The notes beneath the pieces were generated by a model. That model saw only the letters and a program-made list of their open reading frames with translations. It made no database searches and had not been told where the DNA came from. Made by a program: the position numbers and the translations under genes. This document shows, one piece after another, positions 48,667 through 57,917 of a stretch of 64,000 nt of DNA. How positions within the stretch are numbered: position 1 is the first letter of the stretch; the number at the start of each line of letters is the position of its first letter. The stretch is from Bacteroidales bacterium (GTDB lineage Bacteria; Bacteroidota; Bacteroidia; Bacteroidales; GCA-2748055), in assembly GCA_040903745.1 (NCBI GenBank), contig JBBDUV010000080.1:5560-69559 (forward strand), read 5' to 3'.

Positions 48667-50541
48667 TCATAATGGATTATAAAATAATGATCTATCACTT
48701 TGAATGTCATCAAAACCTGATAACTCAAAATAATCAATCTCCTGATTTACACCAATTTTACCAATTGGATGCCTTCCGCCGTTATAATAGTTTTTAATGG
48801 CAAATCTTGGCGATGGTAGATTGCCCGCAGGATCCAATATTGCTAAAGCAACAATGTATTCCCCGGCGGGTATTGCTGGCATTTTGAATAATTCATTAAC
48901 AGTATAAGTCTCTGCCGGAATGGTATATGTGTTTGCCGAATCATCCCATTCATCGCCGGGAAGCCAGGCCCGAATATCAATATCTGAAATTTGTTCTTTC
49001 CAAACAGGCTGTTTTGTTTCCGGATCGAGCAGGCTGGCCTCAACCGGCCAATTGTAATAGAAAGGTGATGATCCGGTATTCTTAACTTTAAATGAAATCG
49101 CAAAATTATTATCTACTTTCTTTGAATAACTTACTTCAGTTATTACAAAGCGATACCCTAGTGCTTTCTGAACCAATTCTGCCCCTGTGCTTACTTCCGG
49201 ATCATCCTGACTGTAGTTCGCAATCCAACCAATATGGTTTGCATGCAGCTTTCTGATTTTATCGATTATATACTCCCTGTGTACCGGTTTTTTTAGTGAT
49301 TCATCAGGACTTACACCCGGCTGGATATCGTCGTTGCCCCAGTTATATGCCGTTTCGCCTCCAATGGGAGCTGTTTTCCATCGTGGAGAGGTCTTGTTAA
49401 GATGAAATGCATAATAGTCCTGATCGTGATGAGCAAAAGAGTCCCAGTAATAACCGAAATTATAAATATGATCGTAGTATGTGTTTGGCCACCGGATCAT
49501 CACCAGCTTATTTTTAAAAGAGGTTGCGAATTGGTCGGCAATGGCTTTTTTAATATCATCGCTGGTATCCGGCCATTCCATTTCTCCCCATTCACCTATG
49601 AGCCCCATTTCTACATACGCCACACGCGGGTCGTTGTCCCAGGCCTGTCCAAGTTTCTTGATTAGGGCAATCGTTCTTTCTTTAAATTCATCGCTGGTAT
49701 AGTTGCCTTCTTCCATGTCCGATGGCCAGCCGCTTTTCTGCCCAGGCCAGTCAAGATAGACACGGGGAATTGCCTTCATGTTGTTTTTTTCATAATCTTT
49801 CCACCTCTCGTTACAGGCTTTGATGACAACATCCACATCATCACTCGCCCTGTTTTCCAATTCATTCCATTTGAAATAGGTTTTGTTCAGCGTGCTGAAT
49901 TCATGATCGAAACTTGAGGATCTAAATCCTTTGAGCGGGTTTTTCAATGCATGTTCATATTCTTTAGGATAAACCGTGAAGTAATCTTCGGGTGAAGCTA
50001 AAATTTCATCAGCCGTCTCTGTAGGTGTGGGATTAACAGTTTCTGCATCCGACTCCTCAACAACACGTTCCGAAGGCGTAAACTCCAAATAATCAAAAAT
50101 GACCATTGAACCATTTTCTGATAATGCTTCAATCCGAACCTCATCCCCTTTTTCGATCGCGATATGACGAGGGGCATGCCACCTTTGGTCACTTAGCAAA
50201 TGCCATTGATCATCCCGGGTTTTGCCCAACCAGGCTACAATCTGGTTATCTCCAATATACATAGCGTAAGTATTTTGTCCCACACTTTCAGCCAGGTAGC
50301 TGACATCAATATCGTAGTAACCCGACGGATGCATAAATTTGAAACGGGCAGTTCCGGTTGAATCAGCCAGTTTAATACTGGTACGCCCCTCAATTTCGGT
50401 AACCTTATAACCGGTGAGATCCATGTTTTCGGCTTCAACAATTAAAGGTGCAGCCTCACCGCTATTCCTGTTGGCATTATTACATGAAAATAACAATAAG
50501 GCCAATAGCGCAACTGAAAAATAATTAAAAAGAATTTTCAT
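48667..50541 (-). CDS. Module-C protein: CBM6-like domain + DUF4874/DUF4832-like TIM-barrel putative glycoside hydrolase (lipoprotein)
   Basis: 624 aa. Signal ends FSC. Contains LIVEAENMDLTGY...YLEF (CBM-like), then ALKNPLKGF, KWNELE, IPRVYLDWPG and DPRVAYVEMGLIGEWGEMEW. Paralog of 58935..61181. Confidence 0.55.
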   Translation of the reverse strand: MKILFNYFSVALLALLLFSCNNANRNSGEAAPLIVEAENMDLTGYKVTEIEGRTSIKLADSTGTARFKFMHPSGYYDIDVSYLAESVGQNTYAMYIGDNQIVAWLGKTRDDQWHLLSDQRWHAPRHIAIEKGDEVRIEALSENGSMVIFDYLEFTPSERVVEESDAETVNPTPTETADEILASPEDYFTVYPKEYEHALKNPLKGFRSSSFDHEFSTLNKTYFKWNELENRASDDVDVVIKACNERWKDYEKNNMKAIPRVYLDWPGQKSGWPSDMEEGNYTSDEFKERTIALIKKLGQAWDNDPRVAYVEMGLIGEWGEMEWPDTSDDIKKAIADQFATSFKNKLVMIRWPNTYYDHIYNFGYYWDSFAHHDQDYYAFHLNKTSPRWKTAPIGGETAYNWGNDDIQPGVSPDESLKKPVHREYIIDKIRKLHANHIGWIANYSQDDPEVSTGAELVQKALGYRFVITEVSYSKKVDNNFAISFKVKNTGSSPFYYNWPVEASLLDPETKQPVWKEQISDIDIRAWLPGDEWDDSANTYTIPAETYTVNELFKMPAIPAGEYIVALAILDPAGNLPSPRFAIKNYYNGGRHPIGKIGVNQEIDYFELSGFDDIQSDRSLFYNPL

Positions 50542-50553
50542 ATTTAAATGATT

Positions 50554-52680
50554 TTACCGGTTCTTTACCCATTCCACTTCAGCATCAACTTTTTCCTGGA
50601 AATCTTTCCAATGAAAATAATTGTCGTCATCGTCTAATATTGATAAATAGCTGCGTTGGTATTGTTTATCAGTTACCGTTACAAGGTCTTGCCAATGATG
50701 CTGCGCCTCCTTGATATATTTAACTGCATCTGCCTTTTTATTTTGATTAAGGGCCACAGCAGTGCGGATTTTTTTTGCAAAATAGTGGCCAAGATGTGCC
50801 CATGCCTCAACATCTTCAATCTCGCATTCTAATATCTCATCAGTAGTATTTATGCCATTAACAATACTTATGGCCTGTTTATTATCATTTTCAAGAGCAG
50901 TGGCTAACTGCAAGGGTGTTATTTTTGATCCAAAATCACCGCTTCCGTCGCCGTATTCTTTTATACTGACAAAATTTGGCTCTATGGGATTGGCATCAAG
51001 CATTTCATCTAAGGTAATAAAATCCCGCTCATTACCGATAAATCCCTCTGTATAAAAGGAGTGGTCCCAGGTAAAATTAAAGAACTGAGCGATGCGCTGA
51101 GTGGTGCGCGTTGCCAGTTTATAAGCGCTCACCATTTGGCTGCCGGGATTTCCCGAATACCTTTGGTTAAACGCATTGGTAAATACAGCGTCGCTCGTTG
51201 AAGGGTCGTATAATAGCCTTCCCCATTGGTTGTAATAGAGCCATTTCCGTTCAAATTCATAGTTCCAGTTTATGCGATCAGGTTTGGTAAAAATATCTTT
51301 TGCAGGAATGTAACATTCGGAACCAATGAAATAACCGCCCACATAATCCTGGCCATTGACTGCTATATGTTCCCTGATAAAATCCGGCTCTCCCCAGCGT
51401 AACCTGAAAAAATCCTCATTTCGAATCATCCAGCCCATCTTATGTTGGCTCGGTGCAGGGTCGGACCAGTATTCTTCTCCGGTGCGGCCTCCATGTGCCT
51501 TAACCAGTGTTGTGGAAGAGTGACCATGTGACCAGTTAAATTTTAGTTCAACAATTATCGGGTTTTCAGGTGTGGAGATCCCGGAATTGTCTATGGCCTC
51601 ACGATGTGGCCGGTGATCTCCGTGAAGTGATGCACGATAGATGAACCGTGCTTCCCGGTCAGCCGCCCTTATACCTTCAAAGAAAGTTCTTTCAAACCAA
51701 CCTGCCATCTGGTAGCCATCCCATTCCTGCATAGCTTCCCCCGGGGTAACGCCGAGACCGGTCAAATCGGGGTATTCATGTAGCACCTGGGTAACCGTTT
51801 CCCTGGTATATTTTTCAATTTGTGGCGAAGTATAGCCATCCGCCCAAAGTCCGGTATTGCCTTCCCCGTAATTCTCCCTGAAACTTTTGGAGACAATAAT
51901 ATTCCAGTTAATGATGTACGTTTCAATTCCCCTATCTTTGGCCATTCGAAACAGGGCCGTCCAGAACGTTTTCCATTCTGCCAGTTCAGCATCTGAAAAA
52001 GGTGTCGCCTTCGGGAAGTTTTTGGCTTTAATCATGTATGGAAAGGGATGAAGACTCCATAAGGTAAGTGCATTGAGCCTGCTTTCAGCCATCATGTCAA
52101 GGAAAGATGCCCACATGTCCAGGTCCTTACTCAGTTCACTATTTGCCTGAAGTCCCTCGTTTTCTCTGTATGAAACCCAGGGCAGATTATATTTAACCGC
52201 ACGGAAACTGAACCGGGGGGTTACCAGCTTTTCTTCAATTTTGGACAACTCCTGCTGCATCTCAATTTGCTCGGCTATCTCCAGCAGGCCATACATACCT
52301 CCCGTTGCGTCGATGGCAGTAACGATAAACGAATCGCCAGATTTACCAATTCGAAACCCCTCTTTTTTAATCTCCGCATCCTCATGGTGATTTACAATTT
52401 TTACCTGAATCTGCTCTTTACCGGTTGCCTCAGAGTTATCAACCACCTGGTGAGATATGCCCAAATTACGGAGAACTAATTCGATCTTTGAAGCCCCAAA
52501 AACCTCCATGGGCGAATTTTTGTCGATAGCAACCGAGAATATAAAATCTTCCTGAAAGCTATTTTCGCTTGCCTTTGCTATTTGTATACAGCCAATGATC
52601 AGGCAACTCGCTAGTAATACTGTTCTAATTTTCTCAATAATCATAATTATGTCCTTTAATTTCAGCGGTTTACTTTCCAT
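50554..52680 (-). CDS. Uncharacterised module-B protein (more divergent copy), putative glycoside hydrolase
   Basis: 708 aa. The likely true start is Met13 (nt 52644; MIIEKIRTVLLASCLIIGCIQIAKA). Contains EGFRIGKSGDSFIVTAIDATGGMYGLLEIAE, FRAVKYNLPW, DMWASFLDMMAESRLNALTLWSLHPFPYM and GVTPGEAM. Confidence 0.55.
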   Translation of the reverse strand: MESKPLKLKDIIMIIEKIRTVLLASCLIIGCIQIAKASENSFQEDFIFSVAIDKNSPMEVFGASKIELVLRNLGISHQVVDNSEATGKEQIQVKIVNHHEDAEIKKEGFRIGKSGDSFIVTAIDATGGMYGLLEIAEQIEMQQELSKIEEKLVTPRFSFRAVKYNLPWVSYRENEGLQANSELSKDLDMWASFLDMMAESRLNALTLWSLHPFPYMIKAKNFPKATPFSDAELAEWKTFWTALFRMAKDRGIETYIINWNIIVSKSFRENYGEGNTGLWADGYTSPQIEKYTRETVTQVLHEYPDLTGLGVTPGEAMQEWDGYQMAGWFERTFFEGIRAADREARFIYRASLHGDHRPHREAIDNSGISTPENPIIVELKFNWSHGHSSTTLVKAHGGRTGEEYWSDPAPSQHKMGWMIRNEDFFRLRWGEPDFIREHIAVNGQDYVGGYFIGSECYIPAKDIFTKPDRINWNYEFERKWLYYNQWGRLLYDPSTSDAVFTNAFNQRYSGNPGSQMVSAYKLATRTTQRIAQFFNFTWDHSFYTEGFIGNERDFITLDEMLDANPIEPNFVSIKEYGDGSGDFGSKITPLQLATALENDNKQAISIVNGINTTDEILECEIEDVEAWAHLGHYFAKKIRTAVALNQNKKADAVKYIKEAQHHWQDLVTVTDKQYQRSYLSILDDDDNYFHWKDFQEKVDAEVEWVKNR

Positions 52681-52704
52681 GTATCTGTAATATCCCTATC
52701 TATT

Positions 52705-54222
52705 TCAATTAATCTGAATTGACTCCTGTTTTATTATAATATTCTCAATATCAATTACTATTCTTCTGTAATCAAATAGTGAAGCTATTGCATTGTCGTC
52801 TTTTACTTCCAAAATCAGGTGTATTTGTTTTCCTCCTGCGCCGGAAGGAATTGTTATGCTGGTTTTCGACTGATTTGGATCAGAAATATTTATTTGCCCG
52901 GAATACGTTCCCGCTTCTTCATAAATCCACCATCTAAAAATCAGTTCATCATTATCAGGATCGGTAGAAGCTGATGCATCGAAAGAAATAACTTCTCCGG
53001 CCAAAGCGCTCATCCTGATAATTAAATTGGATTTGTCTCCGTCTATTGCTGCAACCGGATGGTGGTTTGCCTCTTCAAACGGTTTTGTGGCCCAGTCCAT
53101 GCGGCAGATTTGATTGTTATACATTGCTTCGCGCCAGCGCCAAACCGGTACATAATTATTGTTATACACTTTCCCATCCTGCGGATCAACCCAATGGTCG
53201 CTTACTTCGCGGTAAGTGTAAAATGGAGTTTGTTTTTCTTCATCGACCTTTATGTCGACATGGCGCGACCAAAAGTCAGAAACTTTTTCGGCTGTAAATC
53301 GGCCTCCCCAACCACCCCAGGAAGGATGGTTGATATCGAAAAGCCCTTTATTTAAAAGTCCCATCCAGGGAATGGTTCCTCCGCCTTCCATAAAGCCAAA
53401 GTCACCCCAGCCGAAACCGTGTCTCGACGGATATATTTTGCCAAGTTCGCCATGGCCGGTCATCACATGTTCCGTCAGCCATTCATTCTGGCCGGCAGTA
53501 CTGTATTCAAATGGCTGCCAATAGTGGGGGCCAAGATTGGTCGTTAAATCACCGTCGGTTCCACCGGGCCCTCCGTAGGCATACGTTTGATAATTGCTTC
53601 GTATCCAGTGTATTTTAGGAAAATTACTGCATATCCATGCGCCGGCATTGTCCTGTGCTCCGTTTTCAAATACCCTCAGTTTAGCCACAAAAGCATCCAC
53701 TTCGGCTTTTGAATGTTCTTTTTCATAATCATACAAGGCCTGGGCAAGGGTATTAGATCCTGCATTGACAGCAATCCATACGGGCCGTGGGTCATCTCTG
53801 GAAACAACCTCAAGGATCAATTCCGAACCCGGGCTCGATTTGCCTTCCCCTACATCGGCAATTCCGTATCCTTTCTGCCCGGAACGTACTACTTTTCTCA
53901 AATCATCCGGTTCAGGCCAGCCAGCCACGTGTTTTTTCAGGTTTGGCAGGTCCTTTTCATAAGCATCGATAATTTCGTGGAACAGTTCCGGATGTGTCAC
54001 CCTGCGGTATTCATCCCTTGCTTCAGGCCTCAGATATTTACCGGTAACAGCTATCAATCCCTCAATATCCAGCTCGTTTGAGCAGGCGAACATGTGGGTC
54101 ATCTGTTGCATTTCGTCCGGTTCGTTTCCCATATCGGCCAGGACGATCAGGCGGTGATTATCGTTGGCCTGAACTACCAATACATTGAATAATACCAATA
54201 GTGATACTAATACTTTCATCAT
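52705..54222 (-). CDS. DUF1593 (Sde0182-type nucleoside-hydrolase-like domain) protein with a C-terminal Ig-like domain
   Basis: 505 aa with a signal peptide. Contains HRLIVLADMGNEPDEMQQMTHMFACSNELDIEGLIAVTG. The C-terminus FDASASTDPDNDELIFRWWIY is PKD/Ig-like. Confidence 0.6.
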   Translation of the reverse strand: MMKVLVSLLVLFNVLVVQANDNHRLIVLADMGNEPDEMQQMTHMFACSNELDIEGLIAVTGKYLRPEARDEYRRVTHPELFHEIIDAYEKDLPNLKKHVAGWPEPDDLRKVVRSGQKGYGIADVGEGKSSPGSELILEVVSRDDPRPVWIAVNAGSNTLAQALYDYEKEHSKAEVDAFVAKLRVFENGAQDNAGAWICSNFPKIHWIRSNYQTYAYGGPGGTDGDLTTNLGPHYWQPFEYSTAGQNEWLTEHVMTGHGELGKIYPSRHGFGWGDFGFMEGGGTIPWMGLLNKGLFDINHPSWGGWGGRFTAEKVSDFWSRHVDIKVDEEKQTPFYTYREVSDHWVDPQDGKVYNNNYVPVWRWREAMYNNQICRMDWATKPFEEANHHPVAAIDGDKSNLIIRMSALAGEVISFDASASTDPDNDELIFRWWIYEEAGTYSGQINISDPNQSKTSITIPSGAGGKQIHLILEVKDDNAIASLFDYRRIVIDIENIIIKQESIQIN

Positions 54223-54440
54223 ATATATAAATCCCTTAGGTAAATAACTTCCTCATCGGATGAGGAGATAATTTCAAGACCAACATTATCAACATACCAT
54301 TTTGCCGTTGCTTCCTTATCGGGAACATTAATGCGTAAATGTTCAAACCTAATTGCTTTGAGCTCCTCCTTTAAGTTTTGAGAAAAGTTGTTTATGGGAA
54401 GAAAACAAACTAATAGAAAAATTTGAAGTAGTGTTTTCAT
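54219..54440 (-). pseudogene. Truncated VOC/glyoxalase-family fragment
   Basis: 73 aa: a signal peptide plus one half-module (RFEHLRINVPDKEATAKWYVDNVGLEI). A full VOC domain is roughly twice as long. The stop overlaps the next ATG (ATGA). Confidence 0.4.
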
Positions 54441-54455
54441 AGCTTGTCATTTTTA

Positions 54456-54830
54456 CTAAATTTCTACAATTGCATCAATTTCAACAAGGGCATTTTTTGC
54501 CATTTTTGATACCTCAACACAGGCCCTTGCAGGCTGCTGATTGGTAAAATAGGTGGCGTATATTTGATTCATAACCGCAAAATCATTCATATCCTGAAGA
54601 TAAACGGTACATTTCACGACTTTCTCCATATTCGTTCCGGCAGCCTCTATGATTGCTTTCAGATTTTCAAGCACCTGTGATGTCTGTTCTTCAATGGTTT
54701 GCGCAACCTCTCCCGTTTGTGGATGAATGGGTAACTGCCCACTGGTAAAAAGGAATCCGCCTGTAATAACCCCCTGATTGTATGGTCCTATTGCTGAAGG
54801 TGACTTTTCTGTTTTTATTATTTTTTTCAT
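54456..54830 (-). CDS. ridA: RidA family reactive-intermediate (enamine/imine) deaminase
   Basis: 124 aa. Contains PSAIGPYNQGV...FTSGQLP...ARACVEV...VEIDAIV, which is canonical YjgF/RidA. Confidence 0.9.
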   Translation of the reverse strand: MKKIIKTEKSPSAIGPYNQGVITGGFLFTSGQLPIHPQTGEVAQTIEEQTSQVLENLKAIIEAAGTNMEKVVKCTVYLQDMNDFAVMNQIYATYFTNQQPARACVEVSKMAKNALVEIDAIVEI

Positions 54831-54832
54831 AA

Positions 54833-55798
54833 TTATTTATTTACTACGTTAATAGGATTACCATTAATAAAAGCCTGGAGATTCTCAATGGCTGTATTCA
54901 TTAATCTTGCACGGGATTCTTTGGGCGCCCAGGCAATATGTGGAGTTATAATACAATTCTTTGCTTTTAAAAGTGGGTTATCAGAAGAAATTGGCTCACT
55001 TGAAACAACGTCAACTGCTGCACCTGCAACTTTGCCGCTCTCCAATGCCTGACGAAGATCTTCCTCAACTATCAATGGTCCACGCGAAGTATTGATGATC
55101 ATCACACCATTTTTCATTTTAGCTATGTTATTTTTATCGATAATCCCTTTGGTGCTATCGAAAAGCGGGCAATGCAGACTGATGATATCCGATTTCGCCA
55201 ACAACTCATCAAGTGGGACATACTTACAGGCAGCATTTTCTAATTCAGGATTCTCATAATTATCGTATGCCAGTATATTCAAGCCGAAGGCCTGTGCAAT
55301 TTTTGCAGTAGCCTGACCAATACGTCCAAAGCCAATAATCCCCAAGGTTTTATCAGCCAACTCAACGAGTGGGTAATTCCAAAAACAAAAATCGGAACCT
55401 CTTGTCCAGTCTCCGTTCTTAACTGCCCTGCTGTGTTCACCTATATGGTGACACAATTCAAGCAACATCGCTATTGTATATTGCGCTACTGCAGTCGTTC
55501 CATAGGTAGGGACATTTGTAACAATTATTCCTTGTTCCCTTGCCGCTTCAGTGTCAACTACATTAAAACCAGTAGCAAGAACACCAATGTATTTAACCGA
55601 TGGCGTATTAATTAATACACTTTTAGGAACTGGTGTTTTATTCGTAAATATAATCTCAGCGTCACCAATGGCTTCAATCACTTTTTCCGGAACAAAATCA
55701 ACTCTGTCATGAACAGTCAAATTGCCAAATTTTTCGATTCCCTCCCAGCTTAAATCACCCGGATTTAGGGTATATCCATCTAATACTACTATCTTCAT
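54833..55798 (-). CDS. D-isomer-specific 2-hydroxyacid dehydrogenase (glycerate dehydrogenase / hydroxypyruvate reductase-like)
   Basis: 321 aa. Contains the NAD fold GIIGFGRIGQATA, then SLHCPL...INTSRG...D and ITPHIAW. Confidence 0.85.
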   Translation of the reverse strand: MKIVVLDGYTLNPGDLSWEGIEKFGNLTVHDRVDFVPEKVIEAIGDAEIIFTNKTPVPKSVLINTPSVKYIGVLATGFNVVDTEAAREQGIIVTNVPTYGTTAVAQYTIAMLLELCHHIGEHSRAVKNGDWTRGSDFCFWNYPLVELADKTLGIIGFGRIGQATAKIAQAFGLNILAYDNYENPELENAACKYVPLDELLAKSDIISLHCPLFDSTKGIIDKNNIAKMKNGVMIINTSRGPLIVEEDLRQALESGKVAGAAVDVVSSEPISSDNPLLKAKNCIITPHIAWAPKESRARLMNTAIENLQAFINGNPINVVNK

Positions 55799-55827
55799 TT
55801 TATATTCCTTTTAATATTTATTTTTAC

Positions 55828-56748
55828 TTATTCATTCTCTAAAATAGCCCATGCTAAGTTCAGTACCCGCTTTGCATTTGCAACAACAATATCGGCATCT
55901 TCATCTCCAACCGGCTTAACCTCAAAACTTAAAAAACGTCTGTTGTCAGGGTTTAAGTAACCTATTTCCATCAGTACTTTAAGATATTCAACCAGTTCAT
56001 CTACATCATTTTCACCACCAGGATATCCGAAACGGGGATGTGCATCACCAAAAGCAGGATCCTGCTTATCTTTCATCATACAATTACCCATGTGCGCGTG
56101 GATGATGTAATCTTTGACGGGGATAAGTGATTGACGGGCCGTCTCGTGTATTATAGGCAAGTGGCTAAGATCAACCATGAGTCCAAAATTGTCAAACTCA
56201 GCACAAATTTCCTCTGCATATCTTTTTGCCAGATCAACGGGGCCTACAAGGGAGCATTTATCAATATCAAAATCAAACACTTCGTGCGCAATTTTCATAT
56301 CCCCTTTGGATTTGGCATAGGCACAAATTTCTCGTGTAGATTTGACCAGCGACTGATAGGCTTCTTCTTTCTTGTCTTCGCTATACTTCCCACTCAAAAA
56401 CCCAAAACCAACGGCCCCAATTTCATGGGCTTCATCTATGCCTTCCTTCAGGTTAGCTACAGCTATTTGTCTTTTCGTTTCATCAAGGTCATTAATGTTT
56501 TGTCCTGTAGTTAATAATCGTGGTTGTCCACCATAAGCGATGCTTAAGTGCGAACTGTCGAGCATTTTTTTAACTCTTTTACGGACTTCTGCATCTTTAA
56601 TCCAGGTTATCTCAATGGCATCGAAATAGTCGTCAACTGCAATTTTTCTTATGGTTTCCTCAATGGGTCCTTCTCCTTTAATTGTCGAAGGATAGGCCAT
56701 AAAGTGAATTAGCCCAATTTTTGCATACTTGTTAATTGAATCTTTCAT
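55828..56748 (-). CDS. Xylose-isomerase-like TIM-barrel sugar(-phosphate) isomerase/epimerase
   Basis: 306 aa with the general AP_endonuc_2 pattern (...HEVFDF...MVDLSHL...HAHMGN). Hydroxypyruvate isomerase belongs to this fold. Confidence 0.6.
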   Translation of the reverse strand: MKDSINKYAKIGLIHFMAYPSTIKGEGPIEETIRKIAVDDYFDAIEITWIKDAEVRKRVKKMLDSSHLSIAYGGQPRLLTTGQNINDLDETKRQIAVANLKEGIDEAHEIGAVGFGFLSGKYSEDKKEEAYQSLVKSTREICAYAKSKGDMKIAHEVFDFDIDKCSLVGPVDLAKRYAEEICAEFDNFGLMVDLSHLPIIHETARQSLIPVKDYIIHAHMGNCMMKDKQDPAFGDAHPRFGYPGGENDVDELVEYLKVLMEIGYLNPDNRRFLSFEVKPVGDEDADIVVANAKRVLNLAWAILENE

Positions 56749-56765
56749 AATTGATAATCATTTTA

Positions 56766-57917
56766 TTATTTAATTTTTACCGCGTTCCAAAGTCGCACCA
56801 CATTTTCAGCCGAATTTTCCAGTAATTCTTTGGTATTGGCTAAAGCCTCTTCCAATAACATGGGCCTGTCAATAATTGAATAAATACAATCAAAACCGCT
56901 ATTGTATAAAGTAGAATAACCTGGGCCAAGGCTTCCGGCCAAAGCAACAACAGGAATGTTCATTTTCCTGGCAATTTGAGCAACACCATAGGGTGTTTTT
57001 CCAAAAGCAGTTTGAGCATCCATTTTTCCTTCACCTGTAATCACTAAGTCAGCACCACAAATTATCTCATCAAGTTTTAATAGCCGGGTAACAATATCGA
57101 TGCCTCTCTCAAGCCTGGCATTTAAGAAAAGCATCACAGCGTATCCCAGACCGCCTGCTGCACCTGTCCCGGGTAAGTCTTTTATATCAAGCCCCAAACT
57201 ATTTTTTACGATATGGGCAAAATGAACAAGCCCTTTATCCAGGGTTTCTACATCACTATCGCTGGCACCCTTCTGCCTCCCATACACATTTGAGGCACCG
57301 TTTTGTCCGCACAAGGGATTGTCAACATCACAAGCCGCAATAAATTTCACGTTGCTTACCCTGTCATCAATTCCTGATACATCAATGGTTCTGATCCTGG
57401 ATAATTCATGGCCGCCGACATGAACGCTATTCCCGTTTTCGTCAAGAAAACAAACACCAAGTGCTTGCGCCATGCCTATTCCACCATCGTTTGTTGCACT
57501 GCCCCCAAGGCCAAGTATTATGCTCGTACAACCTTTATCCATAGCGTCTTTAATCAACTCACCGGTTCCATAGGAAGTGGTCTTCAATGGATCTCTTTCT
57601 TCAGGCTTTAACAAGGGAAGGCCGGAAGCAGCAGCCATTTCAATTACCGCAGTTTTACCATCTCCCAATATCCCGTAAAATGAATCTATTGTTCTGAATA
57701 AAGGGTCATGAACAGTCGTTTTAATGATATCTCCCCCTGTAGCATCAATTAATGATTGCACAATACCTTCGCCACCATCAGCCATCGGGACAACTATGGT
57801 GTCGATATCATGACCGACCTTTACTATTCCATCCCGAATAGCATTTCCTACCTCAAGTGCAGATAAACTGCCTTTAAAAGAATCAGGAGCGATAACTATT
57901 TTCATTCTCTTCTGCAT
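56766..57917 (-). CDS. Glycerate kinase (GlxK/GarK family)
   Basis: Contains KIVIAPDSFKGSLSALEVGNAI...VPMADGGEG...ITGEG.D.QT..GK. The likely start is MKIVIAP at nt 57905. It overlaps the end of the upstream permease. Confidence 0.9.
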   Translation of the reverse strand: MQKRMKIVIAPDSFKGSLSALEVGNAIRDGIVKVGHDIDTIVVPMADGGEGIVQSLIDATGGDIIKTTVHDPLFRTIDSFYGILGDGKTAVIEMAAASGLPLLKPEERDPLKTTSYGTGELIKDAMDKGCTSIILGLGGSATNDGGIGMAQALGVCFLDENGNSVHVGGHELSRIRTIDVSGIDDRVSNVKFIAACDVDNPLCGQNGASNVYGRQKGASDSDVETLDKGLVHFAHIVKNSLGLDIKDLPGTGAAGGLGYAVMLFLNARLERGIDIVTRLLKLDEIICGADLVITGEGKMDAQTAFGKTPYGVAQIARKMNIPVVALAGSLGPGYSTLYNSGFDCIYSIIDRPMLLEEALANTKELLENSAENVVRLWNAVKIK

